From Alphaproteobacteria bacterium (GTDB taxonomy: Bacteria; Pseudomonadota; Alphaproteobacteria; GCA-2731375): 64,000 nucleotides of DNA. The position numbers and the translations under genes are program-made. The notes below the pieces were generated by a model. The model saw nothing but the letters and a program-made list of their open reading frames with translations. It searched no databases and was not told the DNA's origin. Below, in pieces: positions 1 to 9,837 of the stretch (its first letter is position 1; every line of letters begins with the position of its first letter). The DNA lies in the NCBI GenBank assembly GCA_965225945.1, contig CBDDBZ010000034.1:256001-320000 (forward strand). The letters are read 5' to 3'.

Positions 1-169
1 CGTCGAGATCGATGAAGAGGTTATAGAGCGTGCCGTGCGAATAGCCGATCCGGCCCGCCACCTTGCGCACCGTCAGGGCAGCGAGCCCATCGGCCTCGAC
101 GATCGCCTCCGCCGCCTCCAGCGCCAGGGCATGGAGCTCCTCGCGGCTGTGATCCGAACGCCGACCCAT
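1..169 (-). CDS. TetR/AcrR family transcriptional regulator, 5' part (runs off window)
   Basis: Own translation from ATG at 169: MGRRSDHSREELHALALEAAEAIVEADGLAALTVRKVAGRIGYSHGTLYNLF, a typical TetR HTH; not in ORF track. Confidence 0.9.
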   Translation of the reverse strand, partial: MGRRSDHSREELHALALEAAEAIVEADGLAALTVRKVAGRIGYSHGTLYNLFIDLD

Positions 170-218
170 GCCCCAAGCCTAACTCGAAAGGTCATCTGAC
201 CATATGTCAAAAAAACTA

Positions 219-261
219 TTGACCATTGGTTATTTCTCTGTATATAAATGACCAATGGTTA
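219..261 (+). promoter_or_regulatory. Sigma70-like promoter overlapped by two near-palindromic operators (probable TetR sites)
   Basis: TTGACC 219-224, TATAAA 243-248; TGACCATTGGTTA 220-232 and TGACCAATGGTTA 249-261 between divergent tetR and small-ORF operon. Confidence 0.7.
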
Positions 262-291
262 ATTATGTCAAACAAGGGAAAGGTCGAGGCC

Positions 292-570
292 ATGACCGTC
301 GAAGCACAATTCGTCGAAGTCGCGGTTTTGACGCTCCGGGCGCATTTGGGCCCGGCCTTGCTGGTCGTGGCGGTCGCGATCTACCTGGCCGAGATCTGGT
401 GGACGTCGCGGGCCGATACGGCGACAGGTGAAATCGTCGCACGCCGTTTTCGCAACGAGGCGCTCGACCAGGAAAGCCAATGCCATGGTGGCGAGATTTC
501 CACCGGCGAGACGGCGACGTCCGGTAGCGAAGGCGGATTCGATGGTCCGGGCGGTTTCGGACTCTTTTAA
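292..570 (+). CDS. Small membrane protein, hypothetical
   Basis: ORF with one hydrophobic segment downstream of the promoter; start uncertain (265 or 292). Confidence 0.5.
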   Translation: MTVEAQFVEVAVLTLRAHLGPALLVVAVAIYLAEIWWTSRADTATGEIVARRFRNEALDQESQCHGGEISTGETATSGSEGGFDGPGGFGLF

Positions 571-633
571 GCGCGCCGACACGACGGGCACCGTAGCCCG
601 CCGGCGGTCGGCAAGTTCAGCGGAGGCAAGGCA

Positions 634-798
634 ATGGCCCACGAAACCGATGTTTTCGATGTCCTCGGAATTGCGCCGCTCGGATGGCTCGAGCTCTCGC
701 TGCTCGCCTTCGTCGTGATTTTCTGCCTGGCCAGCATTCGCTGGGGCTGGTGGCTGGCGTCGCCGGCCGACACCACCGGCGAGGACGACGGCGACTAG
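634..798 (+). CDS. 54-aa single-pass membrane protein
   Basis: GGAGG RBS then MAHETDVFDVLGIAPLGWLELSLLAFVVIFCLASIRWGWWLASPADTTGEDDGD*; below ORF-track cutoff. Confidence 0.6.
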   Translation: MAHETDVFDVLGIAPLGWLELSLLAFVVIFCLASIRWGWWLASPADTTGEDDGD

Positions 799-944
799 CG
801 CGTCGAACATTCCTGCAATCAACCCGACGGATGTTAGCGGTGGTTCCAGGGTGCGCTTATATGGTGCTCTTTTTGAGCGGTCGGTGGCGGTTGGCTGACG
901 GGATGCTTTTGGGCTTGGCTGATTTTGTTTCGCGCTGTGGCTAT

Positions 945-1835
945 TCAGTCGAGGGGCCGGTCATCGATCTGGAGCGGTTCGCCGGCGCGGTCGCGCATGA
1001 GCATGTCGTTCCAGTCCAGGCCGTCGAGGGCAGGGCGCAGGCGGACGACCCTGCTGTCGTTTCGGATGAGCCGTGCCGCGGCGTCATCGCCCTGGCGGGT
1101 GGCGTCGTAGGCGCAGAAGATCCGGCCGGGGTTCCAGGCCTCGATCCATTCGGGGAGGCTTGCGGTGGCGCCGCCGGTTGAGACCACGGCGCATCCCTTG
1201 CGCCCGGCCGGGACGAGGTGGAGGGAGAGGACCGACAGGGCGTCGATTGCGTTCTTGGCGAGGATGACGGAGTTCGGCCAGTCGGGTTCCCACGACATCC
1301 AGAAGCCGCCGCGCGCGGCGGCGCCGGTCGGCGCGAGGCGGCGTGGCGCCGCGGCAGGGACGATCTCGGCGCCGAGAGCCTCGCCGGCCGCGTTTCGGCG
1401 GACGAACACGGCGTTGCCGTGGCGGTCGGCGTAGAGCAAGCCGAGGTCGCGGCACAGGGCGACGAGCACATCCGCGAGGCCGCGCTGCTCGACGAGGTAG
1501 CTCTGGATGGCGGGCCAGTGGCGGTCCGGGCACGGCGGCTTCGGGTGGCGATCGGCCGGGAACCGGTCACGGCACGGCAGTTCCGAGAAGAAGCCGAGGG
1601 CCTCGGGCACGGTGCACCGGCAGGCATGGATTACCAGGTCGATCGCTCCGCCCCCGCCGCGCAGATGTTCGTAGAACATAAAGCCGTTGATGCTGACGAC
1701 GGATCCGGGACGCCTCCAGCGCGCGGCATCGGTGGGATCGCGGCGGTAGCCGAGGCGGCGGACGACGTCTTCGAGGGGATAGCCTCGCAGGGCCTCGGCC
1801 CGCACCCGCCGGTCCCAGAGGCGGGGACCATCCAT
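945..1835 (-). CDS. DUF3991/Toprim primase-like passenger protein
   Basis: GGAIDLV motif, YLVEQRGL, AIDALS and CAYD..QGD/DWND Toprim-like motifs. Confidence 0.7.
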   Translation of the reverse strand: MDGPRLWDRRVRAEALRGYPLEDVVRRLGYRRDPTDAARWRRPGSVVSINGFMFYEHLRGGGGAIDLVIHACRCTVPEALGFFSELPCRDRFPADRHPKPPCPDRHWPAIQSYLVEQRGLADVLVALCRDLGLLYADRHGNAVFVRRNAAGEALGAEIVPAAAPRRLAPTGAAARGGFWMSWEPDWPNSVILAKNAIDALSVLSLHLVPAGRKGCAVVSTGGATASLPEWIEAWNPGRIFCAYDATRQGDDAAARLIRNDSRVVRLRPALDGLDWNDMLMRDRAGEPLQIDDRPLD

Positions 1836-1837
1836 GG

Positions 1838-2626
1838 CTACGCCGGCGGCGGTTCCCCGCGGTCCTGCGCGCCGGCCTTGCCGGCTCGCCGCCGGCGGCG
1901 CTCGGCGCTGCGCTGCTTCTGGCGTTCCTCGGCCTCCTTGCGGCGCCAGGACTCGGCGTCGATGGCGATGATCTCGGCGTTGTGGACGAGGCGGTCGACC
2001 AGGGCGACGAGGCAGGCGGCGTTGGGGAAGGCCTCACCCCACTCGGCGAAGGGCCGGTTGGTGGTGATTATGGTGGAGTTCTGCTGGCTGCGGCTGGAGA
2101 CGATGTTGAACAGCAGATCGGCATGGCGGTTGCTGTAGGACAGGTATCCGACCTCGTCGATCACCAGCAGGTGCTGGCGGGCGTAGAAGCGCAGCCTGCG
2201 CTGAAGCAGGGTGTCGCTGTCGAGGGCGGCGAGCTCGCCGAGCATGCTGGCCGCGGTGGCGAAGCGCACGGTGTGGCCCTCGAGGACGGCGCGGTGGGCG
2301 ATATTGGCGGCGATGGTCGACTTGCCGACGCCGTTTGGGCCGACCAGGACGACGTTGGCGGCCTCGTTGAGGAACTCGAGGCTCATGAGATCCTCGACGG
2401 CCATGCGGTCGCAGCGGCGCGGCCATGCCCAGTCGAAGTCGGCGAGCGGCTTGAACTGTCCGAGGCGGGCGTCGCCGAGGCGGCGCTTGAGGCTGCGGCT
2501 TCGCCGTTCCTCCTCTTCCCAGGCGACCAGCGCAGCGGGCCAGTCATGCCCGGCGACCTCGCCCCAGTGGGCGGCGAGGCCGTGCAGGCCGAGCGCCCGG
2601 GCACGGCCCATGAGGGTATCGTTCAT
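1838..2626 (-). CDS. istB: IS21 helper ATPase IstB
   Basis: MNDTLMGR start overlapping istA stop (ATGA); Walker A GPNGVGKS, Walker [18 protein letters not shown]. Confidence 0.95.
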   Translation of the reverse strand: MNDTLMGRARALGLHGLAAHWGEVAGHDWPAALVAWEEEERRSRSLKRRLGDARLGQFKPLADFDWAWPRRCDRMAVEDLMSLEFLNEAANVVLVGPNGVGKSTIAANIAHRAVLEGHTVRFATAASMLGELAALDSDTLLQRRLRFYARQHLLVIDEVGYLSYSNRHADLLFNIVSSRSQQNSTIITTNRPFAEWGEAFPNAACLVALVDRLVHNAEIIAIDAESWRRKEAEERQKQRSAERRRRRAGKAGAQDRGEPPPA

Positions 2627-4128
2627 TGCTCGCTGTCCTCCTCGGGTTCGCCGGCCAGCCCGTCGTATCCGACGAGGTCGTGATCGCGGACAGTGATGTC
2701 GCGCACTCTCGGATCGCCGGGCAGTTCGACGGGGATGGGCGGGGGTTGGTGCCGCAGCTCGCGCCGCCGGGTCAGGCTCAGGCGCACGGCGTTGGGATGG
2801 GGAACGTCCCGCTTCAGGGCCTCGTCGATGGCCGCCTCGAGCTCGGCGGCGCCGTAGGCGTCGAGGAGGCGCAACAGGGCGGCGACGGTGGCGCCTATAT
2901 AGCCGCCGCGCTGGGCGGCCTCGGCGAGCAGGCGCTCGCTGTTGGGCGCGGCCTGGACCAGCCGGTCCTGGCCGCGAAGGCGGCGGGCATGGCTCTTGCG
3001 CCTGACCAGCTCGGCGATGTGCTCGGGGTTCTCGATGCGGGCCGCCTTGTCGAAGCTGCGCGGATGGCTGGCGATGACGTCCACACCGTCGAGGATGCGC
3101 ACCTCGTCGAGCGTCGCGACCACGACGAGGGTGCGCCGCACATGGGTGTGCGGCACGCTGTAATCGTTGAGATCGAAGCGGGCGTAGGGGGTCTTGCCGA
3201 TGGCGACCTCGACCCGGTCGTGGTCGGGGAAGGGATCGCCGGGCAGCGCGATGAGAGAGCCGCGTTCCCGCTCGAAGGCCTCGCGCACGGTGATCGAGCG
3301 GTCTTCGGGCCAGGGGCGGTCGGCGGCGATGCCGTGGCACCAGGCCAGGGCCTGGGCGTTGAGATCGTCGATATCGCGCCACCGGCGGGCGGCGAAGAAG
3401 CTGGTCCGGACATAGCGAATCGCCCGCTCCACGCGCCCCTTCTCGTTGCCGCGCGCGACCGCGACGGGCTTGGGCAGGAAGTGGTAGTGGCCGGCGAGGT
3501 CGAGGATCCGGGGATTGAACCGGATGGCGGCGCCGCGGCGCTCCAGCACGACGCTCTTCAGGTTGTCGTACCAGAGCTCGCGGGGCACGCCCTGCCACGC
3601 CTCGAAGGCTTCGACATGGCCGCGCAGGAAGTTGCTCATCCCGGCGTCGAGGTAGAAGCGCAGGAAGATCCGCCGCGAGTAGCTGAGAACCATCACGAAG
3701 CCCATCAGGCGGCGCTCCGCGCGGCCGATCGTCACCTTGCCGAAGTGTCCCCAGTCGACCTGGGCCTGCTCGCCGGGAAGGGTCTTGAGGCGCAGATAGG
3801 CCTCGGCCACGGGCCTGGGCCTGAAGTGGCTGAGCAGATGACGGAAGTGGTCGCCGCCGCCCGGATAGCCGCGTTCGCGCACCATCTGGTAGAGCCGGCT
3901 GGCGGGCAGCGTCGGCCAGGATGCCAGCGTCTCGGCGATGAACGGCACGTATGGATCGATCATCGACGGCCTGGGCGACCTCGCGTCCCGGGGCTCGCCG
4001 GCCGCGGTGAGGAGGCGCTCGACGGTGTAGCGATGCACGCCGAGCTGGCGTGTGATCGTGCCGACCGTCCACTTCTCGACGTGATACAGGCGCAGGATCT
4101 CCGCGCGGGTCTCCTTGTCGATGGTCAT
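2623..4128 (-). CDS. istA: IS21 transposase IstA (DDE)
   Basis: N-terminal [28 protein letters not shown]. Confidence 0.95.
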   Translation of the reverse strand: MTIDKETRAEILRLYHVEKWTVGTITRQLGVHRYTVERLLTAAGEPRDARSPRPSMIDPYVPFIAETLASWPTLPASRLYQMVRERGYPGGGDHFRHLLSHFRPRPVAEAYLRLKTLPGEQAQVDWGHFGKVTIGRAERRLMGFVMVLSYSRRIFLRFYLDAGMSNFLRGHVEAFEAWQGVPRELWYDNLKSVVLERRGAAIRFNPRILDLAGHYHFLPKPVAVARGNEKGRVERAIRYVRTSFFAARRWRDIDDLNAQALAWCHGIAADRPWPEDRSITVREAFERERGSLIALPGDPFPDHDRVEVAIGKTPYARFDLNDYSVPHTHVRRTLVVVATLDEVRILDGVDVIASHPRSFDKAARIENPEHIAELVRRKSHARRLRGQDRLVQAAPNSERLLAEAAQRGGYIGATVAALLRLLDAYGAAELEAAIDEALKRDVPHPNAVRLSLTRRRELRHQPPPIPVELPGDPRVRDITVRDHDLVGYDGLAGEPEEDSEQ

Positions 4129-4565
4129 CTCACCCCCTTTCCCGTCGGGCGCAGCCCCGGATAGACCGCCTGCCCGCAGAACCGGCCGCAGCGATCGCAG
4201 CGGAAGACCCTGGCGGGCCGCTCGTGCCCGAAGGGCCGTGTTCCGGGACGCCCTGCCGGCGTCCGCGCCACAACAGGACGCCGCCGCGCGGCGGTCAAAG
4301 GGTGATGCGTCACTTCCTGCCCGCGGCGCCGATTCACCGGCGTCCGGCGCCGCCGGCGTTCGCGATAGCGCCGCTGGCGCTCAGCATGCTTGTGACGGCC
4401 CCGCCGGCTGTTCTGGTAGCGCTGCCCGGCATGGCGCTGCGATCGCCGGCGCACCCGATCGCTGCAGCTCCGTGAACAGTAGATGTTGCCGTGGTCGCAG
4501 TGCCGGCAGAGAACCACCTGTTGATGGCACGAGGCGCAGTTGAACAGGCGGGCGGTGTTCTTCAT
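4125..4565 (-). CDS. Cys-rich, Arg-rich protein (putative Zn-finger) upstream of istA
   Basis: [24 protein letters not shown], basic tract, C-terminal CDRC; stop overlaps istA ATG. Confidence 0.75.
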   Translation of the reverse strand: MKNTARLFNCASCHQQVVLCRHCDHGNIYCSRSCSDRVRRRSQRHAGQRYQNSRRGRHKHAERQRRYRERRRRRTPVNRRRGQEVTHHPLTAARRRPVVARTPAGRPGTRPFGHERPARVFRCDRCGRFCGQAVYPGLRPTGKGVR

Positions 4566-4979
4566 CGCGCAGCCGATGAGAACGGGGTGGACCCACGCCC
4601 AAACCCGCACGATACTGCGCATATGGGTCGTGCCTTGCATGGCTCGGGGGGTGCGGTGCCGGTCGTTGCCAGCAAGCAAACGGGGCCGGCGCCGCATCGT
4701 TCTCAGCGGCCCGAGTGTACTCCCGCGGCTCCCCTTGTCAGGTCCGCGGAACCGCCGCCGCCAGCCAGCCAAAACAGGAATCGAGACGCCCGCCCGCGGT
4801 GGATAAGCAGCCCGCCGCCGCCAGACTCTTGGCGGTCGCCGCGGCGGGCTACTTACCCACCGCTGCGCCGAGCCAACTCCCGCCTGCAAACCACGCAGCT
4901 ACAGCGCCACGATGCCCGATGTCGCTGAAATCACCATCTAAGCGCGGTTTTTCATCGCCACCGACAGACGGAGGACGAC

Positions 4980-6038
4980 ATGACGGGACCCATCGAAGAC
5001 AAAGCAATCTCGACGGCGGCGAGCGCCGCGACCGGCACGGCAAGGCAGCGGGACCGCGCCCTATTGGGCGAGCTTCGCGGCCGACTGGAGCGGGCCGGCT
5101 GCTTCCGCCCGGCGCCCTGGAGCTATGCCGTCTGGATCGCCCTGGTGGGGGCGGCCGGCGCCATCGGCACCCTCGGACTATTGGCCGACCCCGAACCGGC
5201 GGCACGCATCGCGCTCCTCGTGTTGCTCGCCTTCGCCACCGTGCAGGCCGGCTTCCTGGCGCACGATGCCGGCGACGGCGGGATCACGGGCAACCGGCTG
5301 GTGAGCCATGGCCTCGAACAGTTTCTCATGAGCTTCGTTTCGGCCTTGAGCAGCAGCTATTTCCGATACCTCCACAAGGTCTATCACCTGACCTTGCAGC
5401 GGGGCGCCGGTGGGCGTGGCCGAGATGCCCTCGCCGTCAATCCGCACGAGATCGCCTGGTTCAAGCGGCTGGTGGCCCGCAACGGCGTGCTCTTCCTCGT
5501 CGCCACGACATGTTTGCGCGGCCTGACCTTCAAGCTGGAGAGCCTGCGCTACGTCCTCGCCAACCCGCGCGAGACCCGCCTCGATCAGGTTCTGATGGCG
5601 CTGCACGGGCTATTTTGGCTGGTCCTGCCGCTGCCCTTCATCGGCCTGCTCGACACGGCCATCAATTATGGCCTGATCACGCTCATCGTCGGCCCCTATG
5701 TCGGCACCGTGCTGATCTTGAACCACGCGGGCATGTGCGAGGCCAGAACCCAGGGCCATCTGCCGATGATGGCCCGAATCACCGCCTCGACCCGCAATCT
5801 CGATCCCTCGCGCTGGAGCGACATCCTGCTCGGCGGCGTCAACAACCACATCGAGCACCACCTGTTTCCGGGAATTCCGGCGGCGCGGCTGCGCCGGGCC
5901 CGCGCCATCACCTGGGCCTTCTGCCGCGAACACGCCATCCCCTACCAGCAGACCAGCTTCGGCCGGGCCCTGCTCGAGGCGATGCGCCACTTCCGCGCCA
6001 CGCCATCCAGCCGTCTCGCCGTCGAGGCGCTCTCCTGA
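4980..6038 (+). CDS. Fatty acid desaturase family membrane protein
   Basis: TM segments; boxes HDAGD, HKVYH, LNH, HIEHHLFP. Confidence 0.85.
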   Translation: MTGPIEDKAISTAASAATGTARQRDRALLGELRGRLERAGCFRPAPWSYAVWIALVGAAGAIGTLGLLADPEPAARIALLVLLAFATVQAGFLAHDAGDGGITGNRLVSHGLEQFLMSFVSALSSSYFRYLHKVYHLTLQRGAGGRGRDALAVNPHEIAWFKRLVARNGVLFLVATTCLRGLTFKLESLRYVLANPRETRLDQVLMALHGLFWLVLPLPFIGLLDTAINYGLITLIVGPYVGTVLILNHAGMCEARTQGHLPMMARITASTRNLDPSRWSDILLGGVNNHIEHHLFPGIPAARLRRARAITWAFCREHAIPYQQTSFGRALLEAMRHFRATPSSRLAVEALS

Positions 6039-6055
6039 GCGGCGGGGCCGGATCT

Positions 6056-6085
6056 CCGGGGACAGTCGTCCCCGGATAACCGTTG
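6056..6085 (+). terminator. GC-rich hairpin (terminator or REP-like)
   Basis: CCGGGGAC-AGTC-GTCCCCGG stem-loop just after the desaturase stop; no U-tract. Confidence 0.35.
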
Positions 6086-6109
6086 TTCGATACGCCGGTC
6101 TAGGAAAGG

Positions 6110-8521
6110 ATGAGAACGATGATACGCAAGATCGCCATGGGTATCGCATCCCTGATCGTCGTGCTGTCGGCGATCGGGGTGGGCGCGTTCATTTACTTGC
6201 GTGGCTCGTTGTCGCGGACCAGCGGATCGATCACGCTGACCGGGTTGAGCAAACCCGTCGAGATCTTTCGCGACGCCAACGGGGTGCCACACGTCTTCGC
6301 CGAGAGCGCCGAGGACGCCTATTTCGCGCTCGGCTTCGTGCATGCCCAGGACCGGCTCTGGCTAATGGAGTTCACGCGCCGTCTCGGTGCGGGCAGGCTG
6401 GCCGAGGTCCTGGGGGAGCCCACGCTCAAATTCGACCGCTTCTTCCGCACTCTGGGCCTCTACCGGCTCGCCGAAGCGAACTACGAGCAGCTGTCGCCTG
6501 AAGTGCGGGAGGCGTACGACGCCTATGCGGCGGGCGTGAATGCTTGGCTGCGTGCCCGCAGCGGTGCGCTTCCCTTGGAATTTCTGCTCCTTGGCGTTGA
6601 GCCGGAACCATGGCGGCCAGCGGACTCTCTGGTTTGGGGCCGCCTCATGGCGATTCGGTTGGGGAAAAACTGGCGCACGGAAGCGCTTCGGGCCCAGATA
6701 CTCAATGTGCTGGTCGCTAAGGGCCTCCCGCGCGAACGGCTAGACCAGTTATGGCCCGGTTCGAACGGCGCCAACCCATCGACGATCGAAAGCGCCCGTC
6801 GTGCCGCGCGGCTGTCCGAGAGCCTCCTTGCATCGATACCCACCGACGAGGTGTCCGGTGGCGCATCCAACGCTTGGGTACTTCATGGCACCCGGACAAG
6901 TACAGGTAAGCCGCTCTTGGCAAACGATCCTCACCTCGCATTCGGTGTGCCAATTCTGTGGTATCTGGTTCGCATCGAGACGCCCGATCTGAGTGTCACT
7001 GGTGTTACGCTGCCGGGTGCGCCCCTCACGATATTGGGCCACAACAACCGCATCGCCTGGGGCATCACCAATGGCTACGGAGACAACGAGGACCTATTCG
7101 TCGAGACGATCGACCCGGGAAACGCCGATGCCTATTTGTCGTCGACCGGCCCACGCGACTTCGATATCCGGGAGGAGACGATCCCGGTCGAGGATGGCGA
7201 GCCAGTCCGCTTGAGGGTCCGCGAAACATACCACGGCCCGGTCATATCGGGCGTATCGGAGGATGCGGCGAAAATAGCCAAGAAAGGCACTGTGATCGCC
7301 TTGGCTTCAGCGGCGTTACGTGAGGACGATTCTACGGTCGAGGCGTTATACGCTATTAACCGTGCCGGAGACTGGACTGATTTTCTTGCGGCTGCCGCTC
7401 GGTTTCACACGCCTCAACAGAATCTCATGTTCGCGTCGAGGGATGGACACATCGGCTTCATCGTCGCGGGCCGCCTTCCGTTGCGCAGATCCGGCGATGG
7501 CCGTTTTCCCGTTCCCGGCAAGGACGGCACCCACGACTGATAAGGATTCATTCCGCCGCACGCATTGCCGCGAGTTCTCAATCCGCCTTCGGGCCATTTC
7601 GTCAATGCCAACAATCGAAGCGTGCCCGAAGACTATCCTTACCTCGTTACCAAGGACTGGCCGCCGCCCCATCGCGCCAATCGCATCCTCGAGTTGCTGG
7701 ACGCCATGAAGGCGCCGGGAGTCGACGACATGGCAGCGGTGCAGGACGACGTTCGATCGCCGGCGGCCGAGCGCTTGCTGCCGCTGATGTTGAGCTTCGA
7801 GCCGCGCGAGGCGCGCTCTCGGCAAGCCATCAAGCTGCTCTCCGATTGGGACTTTTCGATGCTGCGTGATCGAGCGGAGCCGCTCATCTACACGGCATGG
7901 TTGCGGCAATTTATCGTGGCGCTGATCGATGACGAGATTGGCTTCGGACTGGTCGATGGTTATCTAAAGTTGCAAGAATATCCCGGGCTCGGCTTGGTCG
8001 AGGCCACGCTGACCGACAATCCACAGTGGTGCGACGATATTGCGTCTTCTGAACGGGAAACCTGCGGCAACCTGCTCGAGATTGCTCTTCAACGGGCCCT
8101 TGATGAAATTACCGCCGAGCTCGGCGGGGACATCGATGATTGGCGCTGGGGTGATTTACATCGCGCGACCTTCACACATCGCGTACTCACGCGTGTTCCC
8201 ATCGTTCGATGGTTCGCCGATCTCTCGATCGAGTCGGATGGCGGTGATCATACGGTCAACCGCGGCAATACGCCGCGCGCCCGGCCGGGCAACTCGTTCA
8301 AGCAAATGGCTGGCTCCAGCTTTCGGGCAATCTACGACTTGGCGAGCTTCGACGACAGCCGCTTCATCATACCCATGGGCCAGTCCGGAAACCTCCTTTC
8401 GCCGCATTATTCGGACCTCTTAGAGCGCTGGCGTGACGGCAAATACATTCGAATTGCCGGCTCGCGTGAGGAGTTGATCGCGGCATCGCGAGATCGTTTG
8501 GTGCTCGAGGTTTCTAGATAG
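6110..8521 (+). pseudogene. Penicillin acylase (Ntn-hydrolase) with two consecutive in-frame stops
   Basis: HAQDRLW, ASNAWV, ANDPHL, NANN motifs; GAC TGA TAA GGA TTC ATT CCG at 7535-7555 where D-W-x-G-F-I-P is expected; frame continues to 8521. Confidence 0.9.
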
Positions 8522-8597
8522 GGGCCGGCGTCGATGGGCTCGATGTTCGCGGGCATCGGCGCCGTCATCTTCCTCGACGGCTTCTAGGGAGACGAAA

Positions 8598-8783
8598 ATG
8601 AGCCAAGAGAACGCGACACGGTACTTCTCATCCACCTACGGGGAGGCGCGAAAAAGGTTTCGCGATGCTGCACAATCCACAAATGCCGAATTGGTGTCCT
8701 TTGAAAATCCGAAGGAGGGAGTTGCCGGGGAACGACTCTTCTCGGAAGTCGCGCTGTTGGGCCCCATGACCGGAGTCACCTGA
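8598..8783 (+). pseudogene. Truncated DUF2817 (M14-like) protein, N-terminus only
   Basis: YFSSTYGEARKRFRDAA...GERL...LLGP resembles DUF2817 starts; cut where the long repeat begins. Confidence 0.65.
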
Positions 8784-8793
8784 AAGCCGAAAC

Positions 8794-9539
8794 CTTGCCT
8801 ATCCGGTTATCACCCACACCCACTATATGTAGTGTGCACCCATTTTCCTGAGTAAAGCTCGGTGCAGGTCGAAGCGGAGATATCTCCGGCGATGCCGAGC
8901 AGGGACTCGGACGGCATTGTAGCGGCTTTTAGGCGACACTTTAGCGTGGTGGAAATCCTAATCATTGAGTCGGATTTGGCAAAACGCCACGTTGCATAAA
9001 GGACCGTCACTTCATTGAAATTTATCTGAAATCGGAGGTGAACGACACCGATGGAATATTCCAGGAAATCAGAGCTTCATTGAATTGTAGGATTCGAGTG
9101 CCGGATTATTCACAAATAGCTCTGTGAACTGGTTTTCAAGTTCGCTCAATACGTCATATGAAGTAAACGGATTGAGGATCACGTTCTTGCGTGTCGCTTC
9201 GTCTTCGCTGCGACTCAAAACGCGCAGGAGACTAACAGGCGCGGACGGGTTCTTCGCAACGATTCGTGCCAGCGCGTCGCTTTCTTCGACTAGTGCCGTC
9301 AATCGCTCAGACGATGTCGTTTCATCAGCAGCTTCCCGTCTGGCCGTGGGTTTCTTCGTTTTTCCCTTGGTCGCCACCGTTCCGTCCCCCGATGTTAAGT
9401 ACGTGACGCTCCGGTTCGGTTTTCAGAACAATCAAGAATTAGCCGGATCGCCTCCTCAATGCGCCTGCGCCGGCCCTTGCCTGCAGTCCAAGGAGACACA
9501 CTACATATAGTGGGTGTGGGTGATAACCGGATAGGCAAG
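8794..9539. mobile_element. Non-autonomous mobile insertion cassette (no transposase)
   Basis: Perfect 43-bp TIR CTTGCCTATCCGGTTATCACCCACACCCACTATATGTAGTGTG; 8-bp TSD GCCGAAAC at 8786-8793 and 9540-9547 (or 44-bp TIR with 6-bp TSD); empty site visible in repeat copy B. Confidence 0.92.
9069..9377 (-). CDS. Leucine-rich-repeat-variant (LRV)-like passenger protein
   Basis: Repeated motif VAKNPSAPVSLLRVLS / VILNPFTSYDVLSEL / VNNPAL; GGGGGA RBS upstream of GTG. Confidence 0.7.
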   Translation of the reverse strand: MATKGKTKKPTARREAADETTSSERLTALVEESDALARIVAKNPSAPVSLLRVLSRSEDEATRKNVILNPFTSYDVLSELENQFTELFVNNPALESYNSMKL

Positions 9540-9837
9540 GCCGAAACTCCGTCACTCGTGGCGGGAGAATATGCCGTCTGGCGCGCTTGTGCATAACCCG
9601 TTGTTTTGAAGGGGGTTTTGTGACGTCACGTAGACCACCGTTTCTGTGAACCTACCGAGGCGGGAACATCTTGCCTCGGTCCGGTGAGGGGAGATGTCCG
9701 GAGCTGGTGAAAGCAGACGATCCATGGCCGCCAGCGTCGAGTCGTGGTATAGCTATAAGCGGAAATTTGGAACTGGTCCATCGTCTGTAGATTGCGAGAT
9801 GGTTTGTCGTTAAGGGTTCTCGGCAGGGAGGAGTTCA

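Larger units (their letters stand above)
832..4966 (-). mobile_element. IS21-family four-gene element, copy 1 (complete)
   Basis: TG...CA ends with imperfect IR (TGTTAGCGGTGG..GCGCTTATATGGTG / TGTCGGTGGCGA..GCGCTTAGATGGTG); 6-bp TSD GACGGA at 826-831 and 4967-4972; second copy at 49477-53614. Confidence 0.95.
8763..9753 (+). repeat. ~235-bp intergenic repeat, copy A (8763-8793 + 9548-9753, split by TIR cassette)
   Basis: Colinear with 10713-10949: CCCATGACCGGA, GAAAGCCGAAACTC, GTCACTC, CGTAGACCACCGTTT, AGCTGGTGAAAGCAGACGA, CGAGTCGTGGTATAGC. Confidence 0.9.

Noticed and set aside
1838-4072. 744-aa ORF as a long IstB
   Set aside because: The N-terminal part is an Arg/Pro-rich alternate frame over istA; the real start is MNDTL at 2626
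7538-7543. Stop-codon reassignment (TGA=Trp, TAA=Gln)
   Set aside because: Many intact genes here end at TGA or TAA at expected positions and use TGG for Trp
8820-8836. NrdR-box-like palindrome CACTATATGTAGTG
   Set aside because: Part of the cassette TIR at both ends with no nrd gene nearby; better explained as a transposase-binding end
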